From NCBI RefSeq assembly GCF_000739575.1, contig NZ_BBJO01000013.1, forward strand, positions 1 through 64,000: a DNA stretch of 64,000 nucleotides, read 5' to 3'. This DNA is from Halobellus rufus. GTDB taxonomy: Archaea; Halobacteriota; Halobacteria; Halobacteriales; Haloferacaceae. The position numbers and the translations under genes were made by a program. The notes below the pieces were generated by a model, which saw nothing but the letters and a program-made list of their open reading frames with translations, was not told where the DNA came from and did no database searches. Of the stretch, positions 1-9,081 are shown in pieces; within the stretch, counting starts at the first letter, position 1; the number at the start of each line of letters is the position of its first letter.

Positions 1-87
1 GAGGTCGCCGACGTCGCGCAGGTGACCGAGGTCACGATCCGGAACCGCTACCAGGAGCAGATCGAAGCGATGGGGCTGCACAGTTGA
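1..87 (+). CDS. tfb: transcription initiation factor IIB (TFB), 3' end of the gene (partial)
   Basis: Frame +1 reads ...EVADVAQVTEVTIRNRYQEQIEAMGLHS*, which closely parallels the C-terminus of the complete TFB at 6387..7436 (...VSDVADISEVTIRNRYHELLEAEESIGLA). Stop TGA at 85-87. Confidence 0.6.
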   Translation, partial: EVADVAQVTEVTIRNRYQEQIEAMGLHS

Positions 88-164
88 GTGTCCCGCACTC
101 GGGACCCCGCCCTGCGATCGCCGACGCCGAAGCTTCATATCCGTAGACGCCGCAGCACTACCCG

Positions 165-1436
165 ATGAAACTGGACGAGTACGTCGACATCGAGCGCAAC
201 GAGCGGGCCGAGCGTCGGCGACTCGCCGAGGAGAAGTCCTACGACATCCTCGATCACCTCGAGACGTTTCAGGACCGCTTCGAGGAGACCCTTCAGGGCG
301 ATTCGCTGTACGGCGGCGTCTCACCGTCGATCTTCGTCGGGACGTCGAACTACCCGCGCGTCTCGACCGGACTGCTCTCGCCCGTCGGCCACGACGAGGA
401 CGCCGAGCGCTTCTCGACCTCCGGGGCGTGGTACGACGAGGGCGTCTCCATCGACGACGTCTTCGCGCGGCGGACGTCGCTTCTGAACTCCAATCGGTCT
501 CAGAAGGTGACGAACGTCGCCGACTCCTGGAACGGCTTCCTCGGGACCCAGCGGGAGGTCGCGATCTCCGATCGGCCCGTGACCGTCGAGATCGGGCTGG
601 ACGAACGGCCCGACCTCGATCTGGACGCCGGCGTCGAGGACGTCGCGACTCCCGTCGGCCCCCGCGCCCGCGCCCGCTCGGCCGACCTCGCGGAGAACCC
701 CCACGTGCCGCGGCTCGTCGAGAAGACCCTCGAAGACGACGACTGGAACGCCGAGGGGGCGATGACGTACCTCTACCGGCGCGGGTTCGACGTCTACGAC
801 GTCAACACGATCCTCTCGGCCGGCGCGCTCGGCCAGACCGAACAGCGGCGACTCGTCCCGACGCGCTGGTCGATCACCGCCGTCGACGACACCGTCGGGA
901 AGTACCTCCGCGGGAGGGTCCGACCGAACCCCGAGATCAACGAGGTCGAGGTCCACCGCAACGAGTTCATGGGCAACGCGTTCTGGGTGATCCTCGCGCC
1001 CGGAAAGTGGGAGTACGAGCTCGTGGAGATGAAAGCGCCGGGCAGCGTCTGGAACCCCGACCCCGAGGCGGGGATGTACCTCGCCGCCGACAACGAGGGC
1101 CAGAAGGGTCGGACGGGCTACGTCGAGGAGACCGCCGGGGCCTATCACGCCGCCCGACTGGGCGTCCTCGAACACCTCGACTCCCGCGGTCGGCAGGCGA
1201 AGGCGCTCGTCCTCCGGCACGTCTCCGACGAGTACTGGGGGCCCGTGGGCGTCTGGCAGGTGCGCGAGACCGTTCGCGACGCCTTCGACGACGAGTACGG
1301 CACGGCCGAGACCTTCGCCGAGGCGGTCCGCGGCGTGGCCGAACACCTCCCGGTGTCGCTCGCGACCCTGCGGCGGAAGTCGACGATGGCCGCCGGGCTG
1401 CAGACGACGTTCGGCGATTTCGGTCCGAGTCCGTGA
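165..1436 (+). CDS. nreA: Nre-family archaeal DNA repair protein (NreA-like)
   Basis: 423 aa acidic protein. The C-terminus ...LQTTFGDFGPSP contains a Q-x-x-F-x-x-F PIP-box-like PCNA-interaction motif typical of NreA. Family assignment is by recollection of the Nre two-domain architecture, not by search. Confidence 0.55.
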   Translation: MKLDEYVDIERNERAERRRLAEEKSYDILDHLETFQDRFEETLQGDSLYGGVSPSIFVGTSNYPRVSTGLLSPVGHDEDAERFSTSGAWYDEGVSIDDVFARRTSLLNSNRSQKVTNVADSWNGFLGTQREVAISDRPVTVEIGLDERPDLDLDAGVEDVATPVGPRARARSADLAENPHVPRLVEKTLEDDDWNAEGAMTYLYRRGFDVYDVNTILSAGALGQTEQRRLVPTRWSITAVDDTVGKYLRGRVRPNPEINEVEVHRNEFMGNAFWVILAPGKWEYELVEMKAPGSVWNPDPEAGMYLAADNEGQKGRTGYVEETAGAYHAARLGVLEHLDSRGRQAKALVLRHVSDEYWGPVGVWQVRETVRDAFDDEYGTAETFAEAVRGVAEHLPVSLATLRRKSTMAAGLQTTFGDFGPSP

Positions 1437-1605
1437 GTCGGTCCGACAGAGCGAGCCGAACGGTCGGGGCCGACCAGACGACCGCGTCCGATCGGACCGA
1501 CCGGACCACGGCGTCCGACGAGAACGGCAGACCGCCCGTTCGCACCGCGAGCGCGGCGGTACTACTTTAACGGTTCGCCGAGACGTACCACCGGAGGACT
1601 GTACG

Positions 1606-2004
1606 GTGGAAATCTCAGATAAACTCTTGTGTCTGTTCAACGCGGACGTTCGTGAGGAAGACGACCGTTATCTCGTCGAAGTGCCGAAGCGCGAGGTCGA
1701 GACCGGTGCGATCGAACCCGGCGAGGCCTACCGCGTCGCTCTCATTTCTCGTGCGCTCGAAACGCCGCCGGAAACGACCGAGACCGAGCAGCCGTCCTCG
1801 GAGCCGCAACCCCCGGTCGAACCCGGCGAACTGCGGTACGTCGAGATCGAGGACATCGGCAAGCAGGGCGACGGCATCGCCCGCGTCGAGCGCGGCTACG
1901 TCATCATCGTCCCCGGGACGGAGATCGGCGACCGCGTGAAGATCGAGGTCAGCGAGGTCAAGTCGAACTTCGCGGTCGGCGAAGTGATCGAAGAAGAGGT
2001 CTGA
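1606..2004 (+). CDS. stand-alone TRAM domain protein
   Basis: 132 aa. The C-terminal approx. 60 aa (RYVEIEDIGKQGDGIARVERGYVIIVPGTEIGDRVKIEVSEVKSNFAVGEVIE) match the TRAM OB-fold seen at the end of MiaB/RumA-type enzymes. Confidence 0.7.
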   Translation: MEISDKLLCLFNADVREEDDRYLVEVPKREVETGAIEPGEAYRVALISRALETPPETTETEQPSSEPQPPVEPGELRYVEIEDIGKQGDGIARVERGYVIIVPGTEIGDRVKIEVSEVKSNFAVGEVIEEEV

Positions 2005-2054
2005 GCGGGACTACCACGCCGCGCCCGCGCTCGATCACTAGCCGACTCGGAGCG

Positions 2055-3789
2055 TCACTCGACGCGCGACCGCTTCTCGCGCGGATACGTCCCGGTGAAA
2101 GTCTCGAAGTCGATCTCGGGACTCGGGACGGCCGCGACCGACTCGTAGGGCCTGTTGACGACGATGTCGCCGGCGGTTCGGTCCCCGATCCCCGGGATGG
2201 CGGTCAGTTCGTCCATCGTGGCCGCGTTGGGATCCAGCGGATACGGGACCGCCGTGACCGACCGGTAGCCGTGGTCGACGACCGCGACGTCGATCGTCCG
2301 ACCGAGTTCCCGTTCCCCCGGAATGCCGACCAGAAGCGGGTACGTGCCGAGCTGTCGCCCGAACGTCCGACCGTCCTGGTGGTATTCGAGGTGGACGTCC
2401 GGCAGCACCGTCCCGACGGGAGCGAGCCGCCGAAGCATCGGCCGGTCGATCTCCTCGCGCACCTCGCGCTTGTACTCCTTGAACCGCTTTTTGTGCGCCT
2501 TCGCGATGTTCGCGCCCTCGTCGGCCATCTCCGTGCCCTCGAAGGCCATCACCTGCCGGATGTTGATCCGTCTGACCATCAACCCCGCGTCGTAGACGCG
2601 TTCGAGGAACCGCTTGTTGTGCTCGAACGTCTCCGCGCGCTCGCCCTTCAGCCCGTGGAGGAGGTTGATGCCGGGGAGGAGCTTCGGCAGCCGATTCGCC
2701 GCGTCGGGGCCGTGCGTCGGGGCGTCCGCGGGGTCGTCGCCGGGCCGCCAGCCCGCCACCTCGTTGACGATCTCGACCGCGCGAAAGCACTCGTCGGCGG
2801 TGACGTTGAGCTGGTTTTGCTCCTGAACCACGGGGTCCGCCGATTCGAGGCCGAAGGCGGCGGTGTCGCCCGGCGTGTTGTGCTCGGCGATGACCCTGAT
2901 CCCCTCCCTCGCCTTCTCGGGCCATTTCACGACCGTGATCGGGTTCATATTGTCGAGGTGCAGCGTGCCCAAGTCGGGTGCGACCTCGCGGATCCCGCCG
3001 TAGAGCTCCCTGAGCGCGTCGGGGTTCGGCGCTTCGCCGTCGCCGCCGTACGCGAGGATGTCGGCCTGTCGGCCGATCCGGAGGTGTCGCACGCCGCGCT
3101 CGTAGAGCGCCTCGACCTCGCCGACGACCGACTCGGGCGACCGGAACGCGGGGTCGCCGTACATCGGCTCCGTGCAGAACGAACAGCGGTACGCGCAGCC
3201 GCGTGAGGTCTCCAGTTCGCAGATGAGGTACTCGGGGTGGTTCGGGTGCTGCTCGACGACGAACGCGCCCTTCGCGGCCCAGCGGTCCAGTTCGTCGTTG
3301 TCGCGGTAGCGGTTCTCGAACCCTTCGAGCCCGCTGTCGACGAGGTCGAAGGCGGCGGCCTCGACGTCGGCCATCGCGAGGAAGTCGTAATCGAGGTCCT
3401 GCCGCTGCATCTCCTGTGCGCCGGCGTTCTCCTCGCCGACGCCGAAGCGGATCGGCCCGCCCATCACGGAGACGCCGTCGGCGGCCCACGCGAGTTCGCG
3501 CACCTCGTCCGGCTCGGCGGGCGTCCCGCCGACGTACTTGCCGGGGACGGTCATCCCCCCGAGGTAGACGAGGAGGTCCGCGTCGGCGACGTCGGCCCAC
3601 TTGCGCCTGTCGTCGCGGAGTTCGTCGATCGTGTGGTAGGTCACGTTCGACTCCGGCACGCCGGCGTCGACGATCGCACCGGCCGTGAACCGCGGGTACG
3701 TCGAGATGTACGGCGGCACGCCGAAGTGCGCCGGCTCGTCGACGTAGCCGTCGACGAGCGTCACCGAGAGATCGGCCGGATCAGTCATA
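2055..3789 (-). CDS. radical SAM protein with B12-binding-like N-terminal region and C-terminal helix-hairpin-helix
   Basis: CxxxCxxC radical SAM cluster motif (CAYRCSFC). HhH near the C-terminus (DELTAIPGIGDRTAGDIVV). The real start MTDPADL is an ATG at 3787-3789. The 780-aa track ORF 2055..4397 is a 5' over-extension. Confidence 0.75.
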
Positions 3790-3890
3790 CCGTGGCAAAG
3801 AGCGTCGAGCGGTAAAACGCTCACTCTCTGGGGTCGAGGCCGGCGGGCGGAATCGTAAGACCGGTTACCGGCGGCACCCACCCGACGGAT

Positions 3891-4490
3891 ATGACCGAAA
3901 CCGCCGATCCCGACGTCCGACTCCGGCCCGCACGTCCCGACGACGCGGCCGCCGTCCGCGACATCTACGCCCCGTACGTCCGCGAGACCCCCACGACGTT
4001 CCGCACCGAGGTCCCCTCCGTCGAGCACGTCGCCGACGAAATCCGCGAGAAGCGCGCTGCCGAGAAGTACCCGTGGTACGCCGCCGTCGACGCGGATTCC
4101 ACGCTCGTCGGCTACGCCTACGCCAGCCAGCTCCGCGGCCGCAGCGCGTACCGCTGGGTCGTCGAGACGTCGATCTACGTCGACCCCGACGCCCAGCGCG
4201 ACGGGATCGGAACCCGTCTCTACGACCGCCTGCTGGAGACGCTTCGGGAGCAGGGATACTGCGGCGCGTACGCCGCGCTCGGGATGCCGAACCCCGAGAG
4301 CGAGGCCTTCCACGAGCGACACGGCTTCGAGCGGATCGGGGCGTTCCCGGCCGCCGGCTACAAACTCGGCGGGTGGCACGACGTCGTCTGGTATCACCGC
4401 CGCCTGCGGAATCCGGACGGCGAACCGGCCGAACCGCGCCCGGTGTCGGCCGTCGACGACGCGTTTGCCGACTTCGCGCTCGACGAGTGA
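3891..4490 (+). CDS. GNAT family N-acetyltransferase (phosphinothricin-acetyltransferase-like)
   Basis: 199 aa. Acetyl-CoA binding motif region (QRDGIGTRLYDRLLETLREQGYCGAYAAL) and overall GNAT length and pattern. Confidence 0.75.
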   Translation: MTETADPDVRLRPARPDDAAAVRDIYAPYVRETPTTFRTEVPSVEHVADEIREKRAAEKYPWYAAVDADSTLVGYAYASQLRGRSAYRWVVETSIYVDPDAQRDGIGTRLYDRLLETLREQGYCGAYAALGMPNPESEAFHERHGFERIGAFPAAGYKLGGWHDVVWYHRRLRNPDGEPAEPRPVSAVDDAFADFALDE

Positions 4491-4558
4491 CCCCTCTCCG
4501 GCAAGCGTCCGGGAGAGTCGCCACGTTCAAGCGCACCGGCCGAGTTGCACCGACAACG

Positions 4559-5746
4559 ATGACACGAAGCGTCTGGCTCAAGGCCGACGACAGCGTCGGC
4601 GACTGGGAGACACGGAAGCGACGGATCACGGCCGGCCTCGAGGCCGGCGTCGACTGGGTGCTCGTCGACGAGGCCGACGTCGACCGCGTGCGCTCGCTCG
4701 GCGACGTCTCGGTGGCCGCGTTCCGGCGGAACGCCGACAGCAGCCTCATCGACGACGTCGAGGCCGACCGGGACGACGAGGGCGAGCGGTCGGCGGCCGA
4801 CGCCTACATCGTCGGCAAAGAGGGCGAGGGAGACGGCACCGTCGACCTGCCCGGCGACTTCTCGGGGTCGGCCGACCTGACGACGCTCCGCCGCGAGGAC
4901 GAGCGCGCGCAGGGCGCGTACGTCCGGATCCTCTCGGAAGACTACGAGTCCTTCGCCGAGGAGGCGGCCACCGAGGCCGACTACACCATCGTCGTCGGCG
5001 AGGACTGGACGATCATCCCCCTCGAAAACCTCATCGCGCGCATCGGCGAGGAGACGGACCTGATCGCGGGCGTCACAAGCGCCGAAGAGGCCAAGACCGC
5101 CTTCGAGACGCTCGAACTCGGTGCCGACGGCGTCTTACTCGACTCCGACGACCCCGACGAGATCCGACGGACCGTCGAGATCCGCGAGGAGGCCGAGCGT
5201 GAGACGCTCGACCTCCAGTGGGCGACGGTCACCGCGGTCGAACGCACCGGGATGGCCGACCGCGTCTGCGTCGACACGGGGAACCTGATGGAACACGACG
5301 AGGGGATGCTCGTCGGCAGTATGGGCCGCGGGCTGTTCTTCGTCCACGCCGAGACCGCGGAGTCGCCGTACGTCGCCTCGCGGCCGTTCCGCGTCAACGC
5401 GGGCGCGGTCCACGCGTACGTCCGAACGCCCGACGGCGGCACCAAGTACCTCTCGGAGCTCAAGAGCGGCGACGAGGTGCAGATCGTCGACGCCGACGGG
5501 AAGACCCGCGAGGCGGTCGTCGGCCGCGTGAAGATCGAGAAGCGCCCGATGTTCCGGGTCGAGGCCGAGATCGGCGACGACAGAATCGAGACGCTGCTGC
5601 AGAACGCCGAGACGATCAAGGTGCCCACCAGCGAGGGACGCAAGTCCGTCACCGACCTCGAAGCGGGCGACGAGATGTTGGTGTACTACGAGCAGACCGC
5701 GCGGCACTTCGGCGAGGCCGTCGAAGAGAGCATCATCGAGAAGTAA
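4559..5746 (+). CDS. aroB': 3-dehydroquinate synthase II (archaeal-type, AroB')
   Basis: 395 aa from the ATG at 4559 (MTRSVWLKADDS...). Length and conserved blocks (VGEDWTIIPLENLIA, FFVHAETAESPYVASRPFRVNAGAVHAYV) are typical of the archaeal DHQ synthase II family. The upstream Arg-rich part of track ORF 4073..5746 is an artefact. Confidence 0.75.
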   Translation: MTRSVWLKADDSVGDWETRKRRITAGLEAGVDWVLVDEADVDRVRSLGDVSVAAFRRNADSSLIDDVEADRDDEGERSAADAYIVGKEGEGDGTVDLPGDFSGSADLTTLRREDERAQGAYVRILSEDYESFAEEAATEADYTIVVGEDWTIIPLENLIARIGEETDLIAGVTSAEEAKTAFETLELGADGVLLDSDDPDEIRRTVEIREEAERETLDLQWATVTAVERTGMADRVCVDTGNLMEHDEGMLVGSMGRGLFFVHAETAESPYVASRPFRVNAGAVHAYVRTPDGGTKYLSELKSGDEVQIVDADGKTREAVVGRVKIEKRPMFRVEAEIGDDRIETLLQNAETIKVPTSEGRKSVTDLEAGDEMLVYYEQTARHFGEAVEESIIEK

Positions 5747-5823
5747 CGCGAGCGGCGCTCTCAGCGTGAGCCACTCGGTCCGTTCCGGCTATTGATCCGA
5801 GCGGGCTCCGCAGTCCCGAACGA

Positions 5824-6273
5824 TTACCGTTCCGTCTCCGGAGGCCGTTGCTCGGTCTCGGGGTACTCCCACTCCAGTTCGATCGTACACCACGGACAGA
5901 AGTCGATATCGGGGTCGAGGTCGCCGCCGCAGTTCGGACACGTCGGGCCATCGCTCGCGCGCGGCCCCTGCACGGCCAGCCGATAGGCGTCGAACGTGCT
6001 GACCATCAACAACCCGAAGATCGGGCCGGTGACCGTCGGCGGCAGCGACCCCGGATCGAGCGAGGCCAGCGCCGCCAGGTCCGCGGTGGCCATCGTCGAC
6101 GCGTCGACGAACACCCAAAGCAGCACGATCGCCGCGCCGACGACGAACGAGAACCACGCCGCGGCGCGACGCCAGCGGCGGAGATAGAGGTGTCCCGCGC
6201 CGGCGACGCCGAGGCTCGCACCGACGACGGCCACGAGCGCCGTGATCATCGCACGGCGGCGCGTTCGGGGCAT
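5824..6273 (-). CDS. membrane protein with C-terminal double-CxxC zinc ribbon
   Basis: Three predicted TM helices followed by CPNCGGDL...CPWC. The start may instead be MITALV at 6249. Confidence 0.45.
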   Translation of the reverse strand: MPRTRRRAMITALVAVVGASLGVAGAGHLYLRRWRRAAAWFSFVVGAAIVLLWVFVDASTMATADLAALASLDPGSLPPTVTGPIFGLLMVSTFDAYRLAVQGPRASDGPTCPNCGGDLDPDIDFCPWCTIELEWEYPETEQRPPETER

Positions 6274-6386
6274 ATCCGGTGTCGACGGGGTGGGTGCGTA
6301 TAAATCTCCGGAATCTGATATCGCGGTCCGGAATCGGCGACTGCCGCCTGAATCGACCGAACGCGGCGGTCAGACGACCGAAAAGT

Positions 6387-7436
6387 CTACGCGAGGCCGA
6401 TGCTCTCTTCGGCTTCCAGCAGTTCGTGGTACCGGTTGCGGATCGTGACCTCGGAGATGTCTGCGACGTCGCTGACGGCGGCCTGCGTCGTCTTCTCGTT
6501 GGTGAGAAGCGCCGCGGCGTAGACGGCCGCGGCGGCGAGGCCGACCGGCGACTTGCCCGAGTGGACGCCCTTCTCCTTGGCGTTCTTCAGGAGTTGGCGC
6601 GCGCGGAGCTTCGCCTCGTCGGAGAGGCCGAGTTCGGAGGCGAAGCGCGGGACGTACTGCTCGGGGTCGGCGGGCTTGACCTCCAGCGACAGCTCGCGGG
6701 CGATGTATCGGTAGGTGCGCGCGACCTCGCTCTTGGGGACGCGCGAGACCTCCGAGATCTCGTCGAGCGAGCGCGGGACGCCCGCCATTCGCGCCGCGGC
6801 GTAGACACACGAGGTGGCGACGCCCTCGATGGAGCGCCCCGGAAGGAGGTCCTCGTCGAGTGCGCGGCGGTAGATGACCGACGCCGTCTCGCGGACGTTC
6901 TCGGGGAGGCCGAGCGCGGAGGCCATCCGGTCGATCTCGCCGAGCGCCTGCTTGAGGTTGCGCTCCTTGGAGTCTCGGGTCCGGAAGCGCTCGTTCCACT
7001 TGCGGAGCCGCTGCATCTTCTGGCGCTGGTTCGACGACAGCGAGTTGCCGTAGGCGTCGCGGTCGCGCCAGTCGATGTTCGTCGACAGCCCCTTGTCGTG
7101 CATCGTGTTCGTCGTCGGCGCGCCGACGCGGGACTTCTGGTCCTTCTCCTTGGCGTCGAACGCGCGCCACTCGGGGCCGCGGTCGACGGAGTCCTCGGTG
7201 ATGACGAGGCCGCAGTCGTCACAGACCGTCTCGCCGTGCTCGTCGTCGACGACGACGTTGCCGCCGCACTCCGGGCAGGATAGTTCCTCGTCGGCCGTCT
7301 CGGATTCAGTCTCCTCTTCCTTCTCGTCCGGTCGGACCCAGCGCTGGCCGGCCGAACTGCCGCTTCGGTCGTCGTTCGTTCGCGATTCGTCTCTCGTTCT
7401 CGCGTTCACGCGAGTGTACGTACTCTTCTCGCTCAT
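6387..7436 (-). CDS. tfb: transcription initiation factor IIB (TFB)
   Basis: N-terminal zinc ribbon CPECGG...CDDCG, two cyclin-fold repeats, C-terminus EVTIRNRY. Carries an acidic, Ser-rich N-terminal extension of about 50 aa. Confidence 0.9.
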   Translation of the reverse strand: MSEKSTYTRVNARTRDESRTNDDRSGSSAGQRWVRPDEKEEETESETADEELSCPECGGNVVVDDEHGETVCDDCGLVITEDSVDRGPEWRAFDAKEKDQKSRVGAPTTNTMHDKGLSTNIDWRDRDAYGNSLSSNQRQKMQRLRKWNERFRTRDSKERNLKQALGEIDRMASALGLPENVRETASVIYRRALDEDLLPGRSIEGVATSCVYAAARMAGVPRSLDEISEVSRVPKSEVARTYRYIARELSLEVKPADPEQYVPRFASELGLSDEAKLRARQLLKNAKEKGVHSGKSPVGLAAAAVYAAALLTNEKTTQAAVSDVADISEVTIRNRYHELLEAEESIGLA

Positions 7437-7600
7437 CGGTATAGCGACGAATGCTCCGTGCCACAGACACGGGGTAAGAGAGGCCCGGAGCGGTCCGTAT
7501 CCCTTCCACCGACGGAGAATATAAAAGCGGTTCGGAATCGCTCGCGCGAATGCGACGCACAGCCCCGATCGGAGGCATCTTTCGAAAACGACCGTTAGGA

Positions 7601-7610
7601 TTTATATATA
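7601..7610 (+). promoter_or_regulatory. TATA-like element TTTATATATA in the tfb / binding-protein divergent intergenic region
   Basis: AT-rich decamer in the GC-rich intergenic region. A second element, aatataaaag, lies at 7518-7527. Which strand they serve is not determinable from sequence alone. Confidence 0.3.
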
Positions 7611-7660
7611 AGGCGTGTCCCTCCACAACGCATTTCGCCGTCGCCGCCGCGTGTCCGCGT

Positions 7661-8446
7661 ATGACTGCCGAAGGGGGTCGGACGACGCCGACGGAGAGAG
7701 CCGCTCCGACAGTCGTCTCGCTGGCACCGAGCGCGACGGCGACGTTGGCGGCGATGGGCGCTGCGGAGCGAATCGCCGGCGTCACCGCCCACTGCGGGCT
7801 CGACCGACCCGTCGTCGGCGGCTGGTTGAACCCCGATTACGAGCGGGTGGCCGACCTCGACCCGGACCTCGTCTGCACGGCAGACGGCCTGCAGGCGGAG
7901 GTCCGCGACGACCTCCGCGAGCGCGGCTACGACATCTGTCACGTCGAGCCCGACACCCTCGAGGCCGTCGTCGACTCCTTCGAGACGCTCGGCGAGGCCG
8001 TGGGGCTCCCGGACGCCGGGGCGGAACTCGCCGGCGACGCGCGCGAGCGGATCGATGCGGTGGGTCGCCGCGTCGAGTCGGCGTTGGAAACCGGTGGCTC
8101 CGAACGCCCCGTCGTCTACTCCGAGGAGTGGGGCGAACCGCCGATGGCCGCCGGCAACTGGGTCCCCGAGGCGATCGAAGCCGCGGGCGGGCGGTACCCG
8201 TTCTGCGATCCCGGCGAGCGCTCTCGGGAAGTCACCCGCGAGCGCGTCGAGGCGGCGGCTCCCGACCACGTCGTCGTCCACCACTGCGGGCGGGGCGACC
8301 GCGTCGGTTCCGACCCGCTAGCCGACCACGGCTGGGACCTCGACGCGTCGGTGCACGTTCTCGACGACGACCTCCTGAACCAGCCGAGCCCCGCACTCGT
8401 CGACGGGATCGAGACGCTCGCGGACCTGTTCTACGGCGACGAGTAG
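7661..8446 (+). CDS. periplasmic-binding-protein-fold substrate-binding protein (BtuF/siderophore-binding-like), no recognisable signal peptide
   Basis: Class III PBP-like pattern (VVSLAPSATATLAAMGA...IAGVT...DLDPDLV...). Start chosen at the ATG at 7661; the track ORF extends to 7550. No permease or ATPase partner nearby. Confidence 0.5.
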   Translation: MTAEGGRTTPTERAAPTVVSLAPSATATLAAMGAAERIAGVTAHCGLDRPVVGGWLNPDYERVADLDPDLVCTADGLQAEVRDDLRERGYDICHVEPDTLEAVVDSFETLGEAVGLPDAGAELAGDARERIDAVGRRVESALETGGSERPVVYSEEWGEPPMAAGNWVPEAIEAAGGRYPFCDPGERSREVTRERVEAAAPDHVVVHHCGRGDRVGSDPLADHGWDLDASVHVLDDDLLNQPSPALVDGIETLADLFYGDE

Positions 8447-8517
8447 CGTCGGTCAGGCAGCGAGGGTGGCTCGACGAGAAGCGACACACGTTTGCGCCGC
8501 GCGGTCGACGCACCGGT

Positions 8518-9045
8518 ATGCAGATCGCAGTTGGCAGCGGCAATCCCGTCAAGCGCGAGGCGGCCGCCCGCGTCTTCGCCGAGTCGGCGGTGGCCGCCGA
8601 GCCGGTCCCGTCGGGCGTTTCCGAACAACCCGTCGGCCACGAGGAGACGAGGCGGGGCGCACGGAACCGAGCGACAGCGGCGCTTCGAGCCGGCGCGTAC
8701 GACCTCGGCGTCGGTATCGAGGGCGGCGTCGCGACGTTCGGCGCGTCGGGGGCGGCCGCGTCCGAAGACGACGACCTGTTTCTCGTGATGTGGGCCGCCG
8801 TCACCAACGGCGAGCGGTGGGGCGTCGGCGCGGGGCCGAGCCTCCCGCTCCCGGAACCGATCACGGCGCGAGTCCGAGACGGCGAGGAGCTCGGACCGGT
8901 GATGGACGACGTCCTCGGGAAGTCGAACGTGGCCGAAAAGGAGGGTGCGGCGGGCGCGTTCACCGACGGGTCGATGAGCCGCACCGACGCGCTCGACGCG
9001 GCGGTGACCGCCGCCGCCTCGCCGTTTCTGAGCGATCTGTACTGA
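8518..9045 (+). CDS. inosine/xanthosine triphosphatase (YjjX/DUF84-family non-canonical NTPase)
   Basis: MQIAVGSGNPVKREAAARVF... N-terminal signature and about 175 aa length. It lies inside the Arg-rich artefact ORF 7615..9045. Confidence 0.6.
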   Translation: MQIAVGSGNPVKREAAARVFAESAVAAEPVPSGVSEQPVGHEETRRGARNRATAALRAGAYDLGVGIEGGVATFGASGAAASEDDDLFLVMWAAVTNGERWGVGAGPSLPLPEPITARVRDGEELGPVMDDVLGKSNVAEKEGAAGAFTDGSMSRTDALDAAVTAAASPFLSDLY

Positions 9046-9081
9046 CGTCCGCGAGCGGAGGGTTCGGCCGCGAGAGCCGAC

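Noticed and set aside
4073-4558. N-terminal 162 codons of the track ORF 4073..5746
   Set aside because: Arg-rich and overlapping the GNAT gene on the same strand in another frame. The aroB' homology begins at the ATG at 4559.
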